Source of the DNA: Desulfotalea psychrophila LSv54 | Lineage (GTDB): Bacteria > Desulfobacterota > Desulfobulbia > Desulfobulbales > Desulfocapsaceae | Direction: 5' to 3' | Assembly (NCBI RefSeq): GCF_000025945.1 | Contig: NC_006138.1 | Coordinates: forward strand, 870,001-902,000 | DNA: 32,000 bases | Program-made: the position numbers and the translations under genes | Part shown: in pieces, positions 1-9,476 of the stretch | Position numbering within the stretch: position 1 is the stretch's first letter | How the letters are laid out: each line of letters starts with the position of its first letter | The notes under the pieces: model-generated | What the model was told of the DNA's origin: nothing | The model's database searches: none | The model's input: only the letters and a program-made list of their open reading frames with translations

Positions 1-1
1 A

Positions 2-328
2 GATCCAGGTCTTGGCGCTGAAATAACTCAGGATTATTTTCGAAAGCAGTTTAACAAGAAATCTCTTGAGGTGTTGACTCACCTTGGGGTTGTTAAAGAG
101 CCTTTGCCCGTCGAATATCAAAATGCCCTGGAGGGTCGAGTTGATCGGGCAGCGGTGGAGAGTGTCATGGATAAGTACAAGGATCATGATATTTATGCCC
201 TTACCGGTGCGACAATCTCTAGTAATTCTGTAACAACAGGGGTGAAGGCAATTGTTCGAAAATTTGTTTATCGCCTGCGTATATTAGATGGGGTCTTAAA
301 GGCACAGCAGCTTCAGGTTGCCTTTTAA
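2..328 (+). CDS. rnfG: Electron transport complex subunit RnfG (FMN-binding), 3' part; 5' end is outside the window
   Basis: The open frame runs from base 2 (DPGLGAEITQDYFRKQF...) through a TGATISS FMN-attachment-type motif (ALTGATISSNSVT) to TAA at 328. It is followed by rnfE, rnfA and rnfB. Confidence 0.85.
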   Translation, partial: DPGLGAEITQDYFRKQFNKKSLEVLTHLGVVKEPLPVEYQNALEGRVDRAAVESVMDKYKDHDIYALTGATISSNSVTTGVKAIVRKFVYRLRILDGVLKAQQLQVAF

Positions 329-404
329 ATTGGGATCAAGATGAAAATGATGACATTGCCCTACTGGTCGATGCCTTTAAAACATTTGAGATAGAGGGGA
401 GTCT

Positions 405-1025
405 GTGGCAAATACGAAAACGAGTATGCAGTTGGTGAGTCGGGGCATACTGAGTCAAAATCCAATTTTTAAACTTGCCCTTTCCATGTGTCCTGCCGTG
501 GGTATTTCTACCACTGTAATGAATGGCTTGCTACTTGGAATTGCTGTTTTTTTTGTGCAGGTTTGTTCCAGTGTGACTATTTCTCTTTTTAAGAATAAGA
601 TACATCCACGTATCCGTATTCCAAGCTATACCCTGACTATTGCAACATGGGTTACGGTGATTGATCTGGTGCTTGCGGCGTACCTTCCTGATGCCTACGC
701 CAAGATGGGAATTTTCGTCAAACTGATTGTTGCCTTCGCTATCATTACCATGCGCCTTGAGATGTTTGCCAGTAAGGAAGACGTTAAGGACTCCTTTTGG
801 GATGGTGTCGGTATGGGACTTGGCTTTATGGTTGGTATGATGGCCATCGGCTTTGTGCGTGAGCTTTTAGGATTAGGAACCCTGTTTGGTTATGATATAT
901 TGGGCTTTAAACCCCTGCTCTTTTTTGTTTTACCAAGCGCCGGTTTCTTTGTGGTGGGCTTGATGATGGCCTTCTTTAATTGGATTGAAATTGCCTATAA
1001 GCGTAGAAAGGGGCTACAGTCATGA
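405..1025 (+). CDS. rnfE: Electron transport complex subunit RnfE (NqrD/RnfE membrane family)
   Basis: 206 aa, multi-TM. It has the family-typical N-terminus (SRGILSQNPIFKLALSMCPAVGISTT) and GFVRELLGLGTLFG. GTG start preceded by GAGGGGAG. Confidence 0.9.
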   Translation: MANTKTSMQLVSRGILSQNPIFKLALSMCPAVGISTTVMNGLLLGIAVFFVQVCSSVTISLFKNKIHPRIRIPSYTLTIATWVTVIDLVLAAYLPDAYAKMGIFVKLIVAFAIITMRLEMFASKEDVKDSFWDGVGMGLGFMVGMMAIGFVRELLGLGTLFGYDILGFKPLLFFVLPSAGFFVVGLMMAFFNWIEIAYKRRKGLQS

Positions 1026-1960
1026 TGAAATTTTCATTACGTTCTTTTGTGTGTGCAGTTCTGTTGGCTCTGCTCTTGCCTGCTGTGGGTTACGGTCAAG
1101 ATCTTATAAAGGAGCAGAGCTTTGGTAAGGACGATAGCATTGTATTGGATTTTGCCCTGCCTGTAGATCAAGTAGCTGCTGCCAAGGTAAGTAACTATAC
1201 CGTCTTTGAAGAGAATGATCCTGATATTCGCCTGGCCATAAAATCGGCGGATGTTCTGCAGGGTGGATCCCAGGTTGTGTTGAACTTTGCTGAGCCACTC
1301 AATACGACACAGGCCCATATTGTCCAGATTACCAATCTGGCAGATGACAGGTTGACCACCCGGGTGAGTAAATCCTATCTTGCCTATCTCTTTTCTATTT
1401 TAATCTCGGCACTCTTGATTAATAACTTTGTCTTTACCAAATACCTCGGTCTCTGTGTATTTTTTGGTACATCAAAGCGAAAGAGTACGGCAAAGGGTAT
1501 GGGCGTAGTCTTCACCATTGTTATGGTGGTTTCAGCCTGTATGAGTTGGTTCTTCTATCAGTATTTCCTGATACCGTATGATCTCAACTTCTTACAAATT
1601 TTAGTCTTTATCGGCCTTGTTTCTCTTACTGTTCAGGCGGTTGATACAGTTCTGCGTAAGGTGAATCCTGTCCTGTTCAACTCCTTTGGAGTGTATCTTG
1701 TTCTGGTTATTGCCAACTGTGTAATTATTGCTGTTCCGCTTATTGTTGCCAATAATAACTACAATATATTTGAAACAATCATGCTCTCCCTTGGTGCTGG
1801 TGGTGGTTTCTTGTTGGCTCTTTATTTGATGAGTTCCGTAAGTGAGCGTCTTGCTCTTGCTAAGATACCGCCCAGCTTTAAGGGTTTGCCCGTAGCATTT
1901 ATTGTGGCAGGTCAGTTTGCCATGGCCTTTCTTGGCTTTTCAGGCTTACAGATTTTTTAG
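1022..1960 (+). CDS. rnfA: Electron transport complex subunit RnfA with an N-terminal signal peptide and extra extracytoplasmic domain
   Basis: The C-terminal part (about residue 118 on) matches RnfA/NqrE: LINNFVFTKYLGLCVFFGTSKR...AMAFLGFSGLQIF. It is preceded by MMKFSLRSFVCAVLLALLLPAVGYGQ and about 90 further residues. The ATG overlaps the rnfE stop codon (ATGA). Confidence 0.9.
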   Translation: MMKFSLRSFVCAVLLALLLPAVGYGQDLIKEQSFGKDDSIVLDFALPVDQVAAAKVSNYTVFEENDPDIRLAIKSADVLQGGSQVVLNFAEPLNTTQAHIVQITNLADDRLTTRVSKSYLAYLFSILISALLINNFVFTKYLGLCVFFGTSKRKSTAKGMGVVFTIVMVVSACMSWFFYQYFLIPYDLNFLQILVFIGLVSLTVQAVDTVLRKVNPVLFNSFGVYLVLVIANCVIIAVPLIVANNNYNIFETIMLSLGAGGGFLLALYLMSSVSERLALAKIPPSFKGLPVAFIVAGQFAMAFLGFSGLQIF

Positions 1961-2034
1961 TGGCATCGGCTGTAATGAGGCAGGGAAAGCTGAGCTGATT
2001 TTATCCTTCTCAACCAAAGGTAAAAATATTTAAA

Positions 2035-2910
2035 ATGGATGTAGAACTTGTAAAAATAGCACTTGGTGGCGTTGCTCTATTGGGTTGTATAGGTCTGTTT
2101 TTTGGTATTGGCCTTGCCATTGCAGCTCATAAGTTTGCGGTGGAAGTAAATCCTCTCATTGAAGAGGTGTTAGAGTCTTTGCCTATGGCCCAATGTGGTG
2201 GTTGTGGTTATGCCGGTTGCGAGGGGTATGCAATTGCGGTGGTAAATGATCCCGATGTGCCACCAAATCTCTGCTTTCCAGGTAAGGAGGCTGTGGCGGA
2301 GGCTGTGGCAGAACTTACAGGCAAGAAGATGACTGCTGTCGAAGATCAGATTGCCCTTGTGCGTTGTTCTCGTGAAGAGGGCAGGGTGAGTCATAAGCAT
2401 GAGTATATCGGTTTTTCCTCATGCACTGCGGCAAACCTTGGCTTTGGTGGTCCTTCAAAGTGTAATTACGCCTGTATTGGCCTCGGAGAATGTGCCGATG
2501 CCTGTCCTTTCGATGCTATTACCATGGTGGAGAACTTTCCTGTTGTTGATTCTAATAAGTGCGTGAGCTGTGGGGTCTGTGTTCGTACCTGTCCTAAAAA
2601 TATTATCGAGCTACAGACACTGAAGGCGCGGGTCTATGTGCCCTGTTCTACCAAGGATCTTGGCAAAAACGTCAAGGCTGTCTGTGAGGTGGGATGTATC
2701 GGTTGTAAGATCTGTGTTAAAGTTTGTCCTGCTGATGCCGTGAGCTATATAGACGGTAATGTGGTTATTGATCACGTGGCCTGCATAGCCTATGGACCAA
2801 GCTGCGAGGAAATTTGTGTTGCTAAATGTCCACGAAAAATTTTCCGTAATTACGACAGTCCTCTTGTTATCAGTAGCAAGAAGGATGGTGGACTTAAGAT
2901 GGCCGGTTAG
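2035..2910 (+). CDS. rnfB: Electron transport complex subunit RnfB, multi-[4Fe-4S]
   Basis: 291 aa with an N-terminal TM segment, a CGGCGYAGCEGYA cluster motif and several ferredoxin-type CxxCxxCxxxCP motifs. Confidence 0.93.
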   Translation: MDVELVKIALGGVALLGCIGLFFGIGLAIAAHKFAVEVNPLIEEVLESLPMAQCGGCGYAGCEGYAIAVVNDPDVPPNLCFPGKEAVAEAVAELTGKKMTAVEDQIALVRCSREEGRVSHKHEYIGFSSCTAANLGFGGPSKCNYACIGLGECADACPFDAITMVENFPVVDSNKCVSCGVCVRTCPKNIIELQTLKARVYVPCSTKDLGKNVKAVCEVGCIGCKICVKVCPADAVSYIDGNVVIDHVACIAYGPSCEEICVAKCPRKIFRNYDSPLVISSKKDGGLKMAG

Positions 2911-3054
2911 TCTGGCTGGCGTATGCGGGGAGTTTGAAAAAAAGATATTAATGCGATAGCTTTAAATATGGCTGGTCGTTGTGTCAGCATGAAGTTCTGT
3001 CTTTTTAGAGGGGCAGAGGTTCCGATAATGAAAGCGATATAGGAATGTGATAAT

Positions 3055-4092
3055 ATGAAAAATAGTCAGGCGTCATGTGATAAGAAGCGTAGATCATTTT
3101 TGAAAATGTCCGGTATTTTGGGGATGAGTGCCCTTGCCACGAGTCTTCTTCCTGTGGAGAGAAGTGAGGCATTACCTTTTACCTCAACAGAGTATAAGGT
3201 AACTAAAACCCGGCTTGCCATGGGCACCTTTGTTGCCATTACTGCTATTCACTCTTCCCGTGATGAGGCAGAAAATGCAATTGGTCTTGCCTTTGAAGAG
3301 ATTGATCGACTCAATAATGTCTTGTCACGTTATAAGCAGAGTACTGCTGTTTCAGAGCTTAACGCGGAAGGCGTATTAAAGAATCCATCCCTGGAAATAC
3401 AGGAGATGATTGGTCGCTCCCTCTATTTTCATCGGCAAACAGCAGGGGCCTTTGATATTACCGTTGGCCCTCTGATTGATCTCTATAAGGAATCTTTTGC
3501 CAAGGCTCAGCAACCAGGTGATGCTGAGATAAAAGAGGTACTGCAGCGTATCGGTTCCCAGCATCTTCGTTTTGAAGGAAGTGGCATTGCCATGGCTCGT
3601 CCCGGTATGAGTATAACCCTTGATGGTATTGGTAAGGGCTATGTGGTTGACCGTGCCTCCGAGGTGCTTGTCCAAAACGGGGTGACAAATCATCTGATCA
3701 ATGCCGGTGGAGATATCAGGGCCAGTGGTAATGCGGCTAAGGGACGTCCTTGGACCATTGCCATTCAGGATCCCAATAAGCATAAAGATTATCCTGATAT
3801 TATTACCATGACCGATGGTGCCATTGCCACCTCGGGTAATTATGAGATTTTTTATGATCGGGAAAAGATCTTTCATCATATTGTTAACTCTAAGACTGGG
3901 CATTCACCACAGTTTCTGACCAGTGCCTCCATAACAGCAAAAACCGTTATGGATGCCGATGCAATGGCCACTGCGGTCTTTGTAATGGAACCTAAGGATG
4001 CCATGGTCTTTATTGAAAATCAGTCTGAGAGTGAGTGCTTTCTCATTGGTGAAGATAAAAAAATTGCGAAATCGTCCGGCTGGCAGGTGTAG
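3055..4092 (+). CDS. apbE: ApbE-like FAD:protein FMN transferase, predicted Tat-exported
   Basis: 345 aa. N-terminus KKRRSFLKMSGILGMSALATSLLP is a twin-arginine type signal. The ApbE motifs MGTFVAITA, LDGIGKGYVVDRASE, NHLINAGGDIRASG and TSGNYEIFYD...HHIVNSKTG are present. Confidence 0.9.
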   Translation: MKNSQASCDKKRRSFLKMSGILGMSALATSLLPVERSEALPFTSTEYKVTKTRLAMGTFVAITAIHSSRDEAENAIGLAFEEIDRLNNVLSRYKQSTAVSELNAEGVLKNPSLEIQEMIGRSLYFHRQTAGAFDITVGPLIDLYKESFAKAQQPGDAEIKEVLQRIGSQHLRFEGSGIAMARPGMSITLDGIGKGYVVDRASEVLVQNGVTNHLINAGGDIRASGNAAKGRPWTIAIQDPNKHKDYPDIITMTDGAIATSGNYEIFYDREKIFHHIVNSKTGHSPQFLTSASITAKTVMDADAMATAVFVMEPKDAMVFIENQSESECFLIGEDKKIAKSSGWQV

Positions 4093-4122
4093 TTCCAGTC
4101 CAGAAGAGAGCAGGCAGTTGCA

Positions 4123-4158
4123 AGAGGCACAGACCCAGAGTCTGTGCCTCTTTTTTTT
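4123..4158 (+). terminator. Rho-independent terminator after the rnf/apbE cluster
   Basis: Stem AGAGGCACAGAC (4123-4134) pairs with GTCTGTGCCTCT (4140-4151), loop CCAGA, followed by a T tract. Confidence 0.9.
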
Positions 4159-4301
4159 TCTCCGCCTGGGGACTAAGACATATTTCTTAAGAGAGGGCTT
4201 CTCTCTTATAGGAAGTGGTTGTGATATCTTATGCTAGTGCGGGGGCCTTCTTGCCAGGGTCCTCTTCTTTTTGGTCCTGTGCCTTGATATAAAAGTTTAC
4301 A

Positions 4302-5219
4302 GTGGGTAATTCTATGAGCGGTAAGACAGTGTCTTTGGTGTTGGGGAGTGGTGGCGCGAGGGGGCTTGCTCATATAGGAGTTATTCGCTGGCTTACGGAG
4401 CATGACTATCGGATAGAGTCAATAACGGGCTGTTCTGCCGGAGCTGTTGTCGGTGGTGTTTATGCCATTGGTAAGCTGGATATTTTTGAGGCCTGGGTTC
4501 GGCAGATAAAGACCGTTGATATTGTCACCCTGCTGGATGTCTCCTGGGGGCGAGGGGGTTTGGTGAAGGGAGAAAAATTTATCAATACCCTGGTGAATCT
4601 GGTGGGGGATATGCACATTGAAGATCTGCCCATAAAATATACTGCCCTGGCAACGGATATTGGTGCAGGCAAGGAGGTATGGCTCCAGGATGGCAAACTC
4701 TTTAATGCCATTCGAGCATCTATTTCTATTCCGTTACTTTTTGAGCCCTATTGTTATAGGGGGATGCACCTTGTTGATGGCGGTGTCTTGAATCCTGTTC
4801 CCATTGCCCCTACCTTTGCCGATAGTACGGATCTTACCATTGCCGTGAACTTGAATTCAATGAGCTGTGGCCACGAGACAAGCCTGCCTAAGAGCGTCTT
4901 GAAAATACCGGATGCTGTGCCATCGCCCTCTACTATCAGAGAGAAGATAAATAGTTTTATTCAGGAGAGACAGGAAAGCTTCTATAAAAGAGGTGTTGAG
5001 ACAGGTGTGTTGGAGCGTTTGAGCGTTAATGATGTGGCCTTTCAGGCATTTGATGCCATGCAGTCAACCATCGCCCGGCAAAAATTGGCCGCCTATCCTC
5101 CAGACAGGGTGGTAAACGTCTCTCATAATGCCTGTAAGATGCTTGAATTTAACCGGGCAGCTGAGATGATTGAGCTCGGTTATCAGAGGGCGGAGCAATG
5201 TCTTGGGGAAGGGGGATAA
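4302..5219 (+). CDS. Patatin-like phospholipase family protein (the start may be the ATG at 4314)
   Basis: Oxyanion motif GSGGARGLAHIGV, nucleophile motif GCSAG and a C-terminal DGG (LVDGGVLNPVPI). Confidence 0.9.
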   Translation: MGNSMSGKTVSLVLGSGGARGLAHIGVIRWLTEHDYRIESITGCSAGAVVGGVYAIGKLDIFEAWVRQIKTVDIVTLLDVSWGRGGLVKGEKFINTLVNLVGDMHIEDLPIKYTALATDIGAGKEVWLQDGKLFNAIRASISIPLLFEPYCYRGMHLVDGGVLNPVPIAPTFADSTDLTIAVNLNSMSCGHETSLPKSVLKIPDAVPSPSTIREKINSFIQERQESFYKRGVETGVLERLSVNDVAFQAFDAMQSTIARQKLAAYPPDRVVNVSHNACKMLEFNRAAEMIELGYQRAEQCLGEGG

Positions 5220-5245
5220 TGCCCCGCCAAGAGATTGGCGGGGCA
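5220..5245. terminator. Intergenic hairpin between convergent patatin-like and icd genes, likely bidirectional transcription end
   Basis: Perfect 11-bp stem TGCCCCGCCAA (5220-5230) / TTGGCGGGGCA (5235-5245), loop GAGA. No long T tract on either side. Confidence 0.6.
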
Positions 5246-5250
5246 GTCTC

Positions 5251-6459
5251 TTACTTGTTGAGCTGTTGCAATCTTTTGCCGAGCTCATCAATGAACTCAA
5301 TAGAGTCAAGGACCTTGATAGCGGCTGGTTCGCATATTCTGGCCAAATCTCCGGTCATGTATCCGCTCTCAATGCATTCGATAGTTATTGCTTCCAAGCT
5401 ATCACAGAAGGCGCATAAATCTGGGGTGCCATCAAGTTCACCTCTTTTTCTCAGAGCACCTGTCCAGGCGTAGATAAGGGCTACGGGGTTGGTAGAGGTT
5501 CTTTCGCCCTTGAGGTGTTGATAATAATGACGTTGGACGGTGCCGTGGGCGGCCTCATACTCAAAATAGCCGTAGGGGGAGACAAGTACGGAGGACATCA
5601 TGGCCAGGGAGCCAAAGGCGGAGGCCACCATGTCGCTCATCACATCGCCATCATAGTTTTTGCAGGCCCAGAGCATGCCACCCTCTGTCTTCATCATCCG
5701 GGCAACAACGTCGTCGATAAGGGTGTAAAAATATTCGATACCGGCTGCGGCGAATTTTTCTTTGTACTCCTGCGCAAAGATCTCTTCAAAGATAATTTTG
5801 AAACGCTGGTCGTACTGTTTCGAAATGGTATCCTTGGTGGCAAACCAGCAGTCAATTTTTTGATCAAGAGAGTATTCAAAGCAGGCCCTGGCAAAGTGGC
5901 CGATGGAGGCGACGGTGTTGTGGATGCCCTGAACAATGGCTGGCTCATCCACCTCCATGATGGTTTGACGGGTTTCTTTGCCATTTTTGTCGGTGACAAC
6001 TATTTCAAGCTTTCCACCGGCCTCGGCAAAAATTTCGGCATTCTTGTAAAAATCGCCATAGGCATGTCGTCCCACCACAATGGGCTTCTGCCAAGAGCGT
6101 ACAGAGGGCTTGATGTTCTTTACCATGATGGGTTTGCGGAACACCGTTCCATCGAGCATGGCGCGAACGGTGGCGTTGGGTGACTTCCACTGCTCCTTGA
6201 GACCGTATTCCTCTACTCGATCCTGGTTGGGGGTGATGGTCGCGTTTTTAACCCCAACACCATATTTCTTGATGGCCTCTGCCGCGTCAATGGTGATCTG
6301 ATCGTTTGTTCTGTCTCTCTCTTCGATGCCCAGATCGTAGTATTCTGTTTGTAAGTCGATAAATGGCAGGAGCAACTTATCCTTGATAAGGGGCCAAAGA
6401 ACTCTGGTCATTTCATCGCCATCAAGCTCCACGAGTGGAGTTTTCATTTGTATCTTCAT
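5251..6459 (-). CDS. icd: NADP-dependent isocitrate dehydrogenase (eukaryotic-like homodimeric subfamily)
   Basis: 402 aa. Contains [60 protein letters not shown] and [11 protein letters not shown]. Confidence 0.95.
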   Translation of the reverse strand: MKIQMKTPLVELDGDEMTRVLWPLIKDKLLLPFIDLQTEYYDLGIEERDRTNDQITIDAAEAIKKYGVGVKNATITPNQDRVEEYGLKEQWKSPNATVRAMLDGTVFRKPIMVKNIKPSVRSWQKPIVVGRHAYGDFYKNAEIFAEAGGKLEIVVTDKNGKETRQTIMEVDEPAIVQGIHNTVASIGHFARACFEYSLDQKIDCWFATKDTISKQYDQRFKIIFEEIFAQEYKEKFAAAGIEYFYTLIDDVVARMMKTEGGMLWACKNYDGDVMSDMVASAFGSLAMMSSVLVSPYGYFEYEAAHGTVQRHYYQHLKGERTSTNPVALIYAWTGALRKRGELDGTPDLCAFCDSLEAITIECIESGYMTGDLARICEPAAIKVLDSIEFIDELGKRLQQLNK

Positions 6460-6520
6460 TTTATCACCTACGGGTTGAACGTTTACAGAAAGAGACAGAG
6501 CTTTGCTAGCTTCTGCCGGG

Positions 6521-7900
6521 CTAGTTTTTGAAGCTATGGATTGGCGCAGGTATTCTGCCGCCCCACTGAATAAAACGGCTGGATTTGCCTATATTGTTGA
6601 TAGGCATAATAGGGCTTGCCCCGAAGAGGCCACCAAAACTTACATGATCTCCTACTTCCTTGCCGGGAACAGGAATGAGGCGGGCGGCGGTGGTCTTGCC
6701 GTTGATCATTCCCAGGGCCATTTCATCGGCAATGATTGCTGAGATAGTTTCTGCATCAACGGAGCCGGGGATGGCTATCATATCCAGGCCGACGGAGCAG
6801 ACGCAGGTCATAGCCTCAAGTTTTTCAATACAGAGAGAACCATCTCCTACTGCCTCTGCAAGAACGGCATCTTCCATTACAGGGATAAAGGCGCCACTGA
6901 GACCACCTACGGTCTTACTGGCGAAGATACCACCTTTTTTGACGGCATCGTTGAGCATGGCAAGTATTGCAGTTGAACCAGGTGCGCCCACGGAATCAAC
7001 TCCAAGAATTTTGAAGATCTCACCAACACTGTCACCAATAGCAGGGGTTGGGGCAAGGCTGAGGTCGACAACACCAAACTCAATACCAAGTTTTTTAGAA
7101 ACCTGACGACCGATAAGCTCACCGCATCTGGTAACACGGAAGGTGGTTTGCTTGATCTCTTCGGCAAGTCGATCAAGGGTGAGGGTCTTGTCGGTATCCT
7201 TGGCAATGAGGCGCTCAAGGGCACGGGCAATAACGCCGGGGCCACTGACACCGACATTGAGCACCACATCTGCCTCTTCAAGGCCATGGATGGCGCCAGC
7301 CATAAATGGATTGTCACCGGGCTGGTTGCAGAAGACAACAAATTTTGCAGCACCAAAACCATTTTGATCTTTGGTGATCTCGGCAAGATCTTTTACTGTG
7401 CGACCAATCATGGCCAGGGCATCCATATTGATACCCTTGTGGGTGGTGGCAATATTGATGGATGCGCAAACTTTTGTGGTGGCGGCCAGGGCCTCGGGGA
7501 TGGAGGCAATGTACTCTTTGTCCGTTGCGGTCATGCCCTTCTCTACCTGAGCGGAAAATCCACCGAGGATATCAACACCTACAGCAGTTGCGGCTCGGTC
7601 GAGGCTTTTGGCAAGTTCTATAAAACCATCTTTGTCAAAACCTGCGCCGACAAAGGCGATGGGGGTAACGGAAATGCGTTTGTTGACAACGGGAATGCCG
7701 TAGGTCTTGCTCACCTCGTTACAAGTCGCAACAAAGTTTCCTGCATAGTGCTGAATTCTCTCTTCGATTCGTCTACAGGTCTCAGCGACGTCACCGCCTC
7801 TGCAGTCAAGCAGGTTGATACCCATGGTCACTGTTCGTACGTCAAGATTTTCTTTTTGAATCATCTCGACGGTTGCAAGTATTTGGTCTGAATGTAGCAT
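6521..7900 (-). CDS. DUF711 / UPF0210 (PFL-like) family protein
   Basis: 459 aa full-length frame with family-typical [33 protein letters not shown] at the start. It sits directly downstream of an ACT-domain gene, a recurring pairing for this family. Confidence 0.85.
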   Translation of the reverse strand: MLHSDQILATVEMIQKENLDVRTVTMGINLLDCRGGDVAETCRRIEERIQHYAGNFVATCNEVSKTYGIPVVNKRISVTPIAFVGAGFDKDGFIELAKSLDRAATAVGVDILGGFSAQVEKGMTATDKEYIASIPEALAATTKVCASINIATTHKGINMDALAMIGRTVKDLAEITKDQNGFGAAKFVVFCNQPGDNPFMAGAIHGLEEADVVLNVGVSGPGVIARALERLIAKDTDKTLTLDRLAEEIKQTTFRVTRCGELIGRQVSKKLGIEFGVVDLSLAPTPAIGDSVGEIFKILGVDSVGAPGSTAILAMLNDAVKKGGIFASKTVGGLSGAFIPVMEDAVLAEAVGDGSLCIEKLEAMTCVCSVGLDMIAIPGSVDAETISAIIADEMALGMINGKTTAARLIPVPGKEVGDHVSFGGLFGASPIMPINNIGKSSRFIQWGGRIPAPIHSFKN

Positions 7901-7933
7901 TTTTTTTATCTTTTTATGGTAGAGGAATCGTTG

Positions 7934-8491
7934 TTAGCGAAGTGTTACTTCGTTGGTTACTTGAAAAATATCGTTGTGCTGCAATACTATTTGCAGACCA
8001 CTGTCCCGGTTATAACGAGCCAGATCTTTTTCTATTGCGTTAATTCCCGTTGATTTTGTCAGATCCAGTTGCAGTGCCATGGTGTAGATGCCATTTCTAA
8101 GGTTGGTAGACAGGTCGATGATGTTCATCTTGTGAGCATGACAAAATTGGCTGACCCCATGAACAAGGCCTTTTTTATTGGGGCTCTGTACGGTCATCAC
8201 ATAGGTCTCTGTCGGTTTTTCTGGTTGGGCCAGATCTATATCACCTGCGACCTCTTTAACGGATACTTCAAATCGATCTGTGGTGTTAATCTGGTAAAGT
8301 TCTGCCAGAATATCTTCGCGACTGACATCACCTTCAAAAGTGGCGCTGACGATCATGGTGAAATAGCCACAGACCACGGATTGGTTGATATCAGCAAGAT
8401 CGCCGTTAAGAGAAAAAATTGCTCCGGTTACTTCCGCAACAATGCCTGATCTGTCCTTTGACATGACTGAGATAATCATTTGTTTTTTCAT
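7934..8491 (-). CDS. Tandem ACT-domain protein (glycine cleavage repressor-like / UPF0237-related)
   Basis: 185 aa with two ACT-like repeats: MIISVMSKDRSGIVAEVTGAIFSLNGDLADINQS and MTVQSPNKKGLVHGVSQFCHAHKMNIIDL. Confidence 0.85.
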   Translation of the reverse strand: MKKQMIISVMSKDRSGIVAEVTGAIFSLNGDLADINQSVVCGYFTMIVSATFEGDVSREDILAELYQINTTDRFEVSVKEVAGDIDLAQPEKPTETYVMTVQSPNKKGLVHGVSQFCHAHKMNIIDLSTNLRNGIYTMALQLDLTKSTGINAIEKDLARYNRDSGLQIVLQHNDIFQVTNEVTLR

Positions 8492-8777
8492 GGTATTACT
8501 GTTTTTTTTTGTTGGTCTGATTGAGGGTTTGGCTTCGTTTTTTCTCTCTCTTACAGAGACTCAATATATAATATGGCACGCTTTTTCGAAATCAGCAAGA
8601 AAGAACCCGACGGGGGTGAAAAAATGCCGATTATGGAGCTGGCCAATGTCTGTTAATATTTACCCTAGGATAGCGACTTGCTCTGAAGGTTCATTGGAAA
8701 TCTCGTGGGGAACACCTATAATTGTGTGTATGTCGTAAAAGAGAGTCTGTCGTTGCTTAATTCTAAGGGGGAAAGGG

Positions 8778-9251
8778 ATGAAAAATGTGCTTGTTGTAGC
8801 AGTTGTTGCTCTTCAGATAGTTGGCTGTGTGGCCAGTGGTCACTATGGGAAGTTTGTTCAAGATAGCCGGGTGCAAAATGTCTTTGAACATCTGCAGATG
8901 CCAAAGTCATACGCCTATTACTATAACGGCCCGGAAAAAAATCCGACGGCAATTATTGGTATTGTAAAGGGCTTTACTGTGCAGAGCTCTTTCTGGCATC
9001 CGGTAAACCTTACCAAGAAGCAGATGAGCTATTGGTTGGGGAATATTCGAACCGAATGGTTTGATGCTGTCGGTGCCAATCGCGAGGGCTATGCCAACAA
9101 TGGTTGGCGTCTTATAGCCCCCGATGGGCGAGAGGCCGGTATTCTCTTTTCCAAGTATAAACGAGTTGTTGCCACCTTCTCTGCCGACGGCATTATTGGT
9201 CTCAGTGTGCCTCAACCATGGGCAGGCAGCTCTCGCTGGCACGATGAGTAG
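8778..9251 (+). CDS. Small putative lipoprotein of unknown function
   Basis: 157 aa, N-terminus MKNVLVVAVVALQIVGCVASG (signal peptide with plausible lipobox). I do not recognise the mature domain. Confidence 0.6.
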   Translation: MKNVLVVAVVALQIVGCVASGHYGKFVQDSRVQNVFEHLQMPKSYAYYYNGPEKNPTAIIGIVKGFTVQSSFWHPVNLTKKQMSYWLGNIRTEWFDAVGANREGYANNGWRLIAPDGREAGILFSKYKRVVATFSADGIIGLSVPQPWAGSSRWHDE

Positions 9252-9476
9252 TGGCAATGCTGCTGTTATGGCTAAAAAACGGGCGTTTTTTTCGTTTTTC
9301 GGGTATTGTGTCCTGTTTGATTTCTTTTTTGTAGTATCCCCTTGCCTTGCCGTTGTTGCCGAGACTGGGTTGTATAGAAACCAATATAAGACGGGTCTGA
9401 GAAGGATGCCTTTCCTGCTGTTTTTCCTGTTTTGTTAATATATTTTAAGAGTTAGAACTTTTAAGGAGTTGTTTCC

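Noticed and set aside
329-436. Open stretch in another frame between rnfG and rnfE (NWDQDENDDIALLVDAFKTFEIEGSLWQ), possibly indicating an rnfG frameshift
   Set aside because: RnfG ends plausibly at 328 shortly after its TGATISS motif, and rnfE has a credible GTG start with a Shine-Dalgarno. I cannot tie the extra stretch to either protein.
5515-6183. 222-aa plus-strand ORF opposite icd
   Set aside because: It lies wholly inside the well-supported isocitrate dehydrogenase gene, with Gly/Val/His-rich shadow composition and no family resemblance.
7148-7891. 247-aa plus-strand ORF (with others at 6660, 6907 and 7143) opposite the DUF711 gene
   Set aside because: Antisense shadow of a strongly supported conserved gene. 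The low-complexity Gly/Asp-rich translation has no recognisable family.
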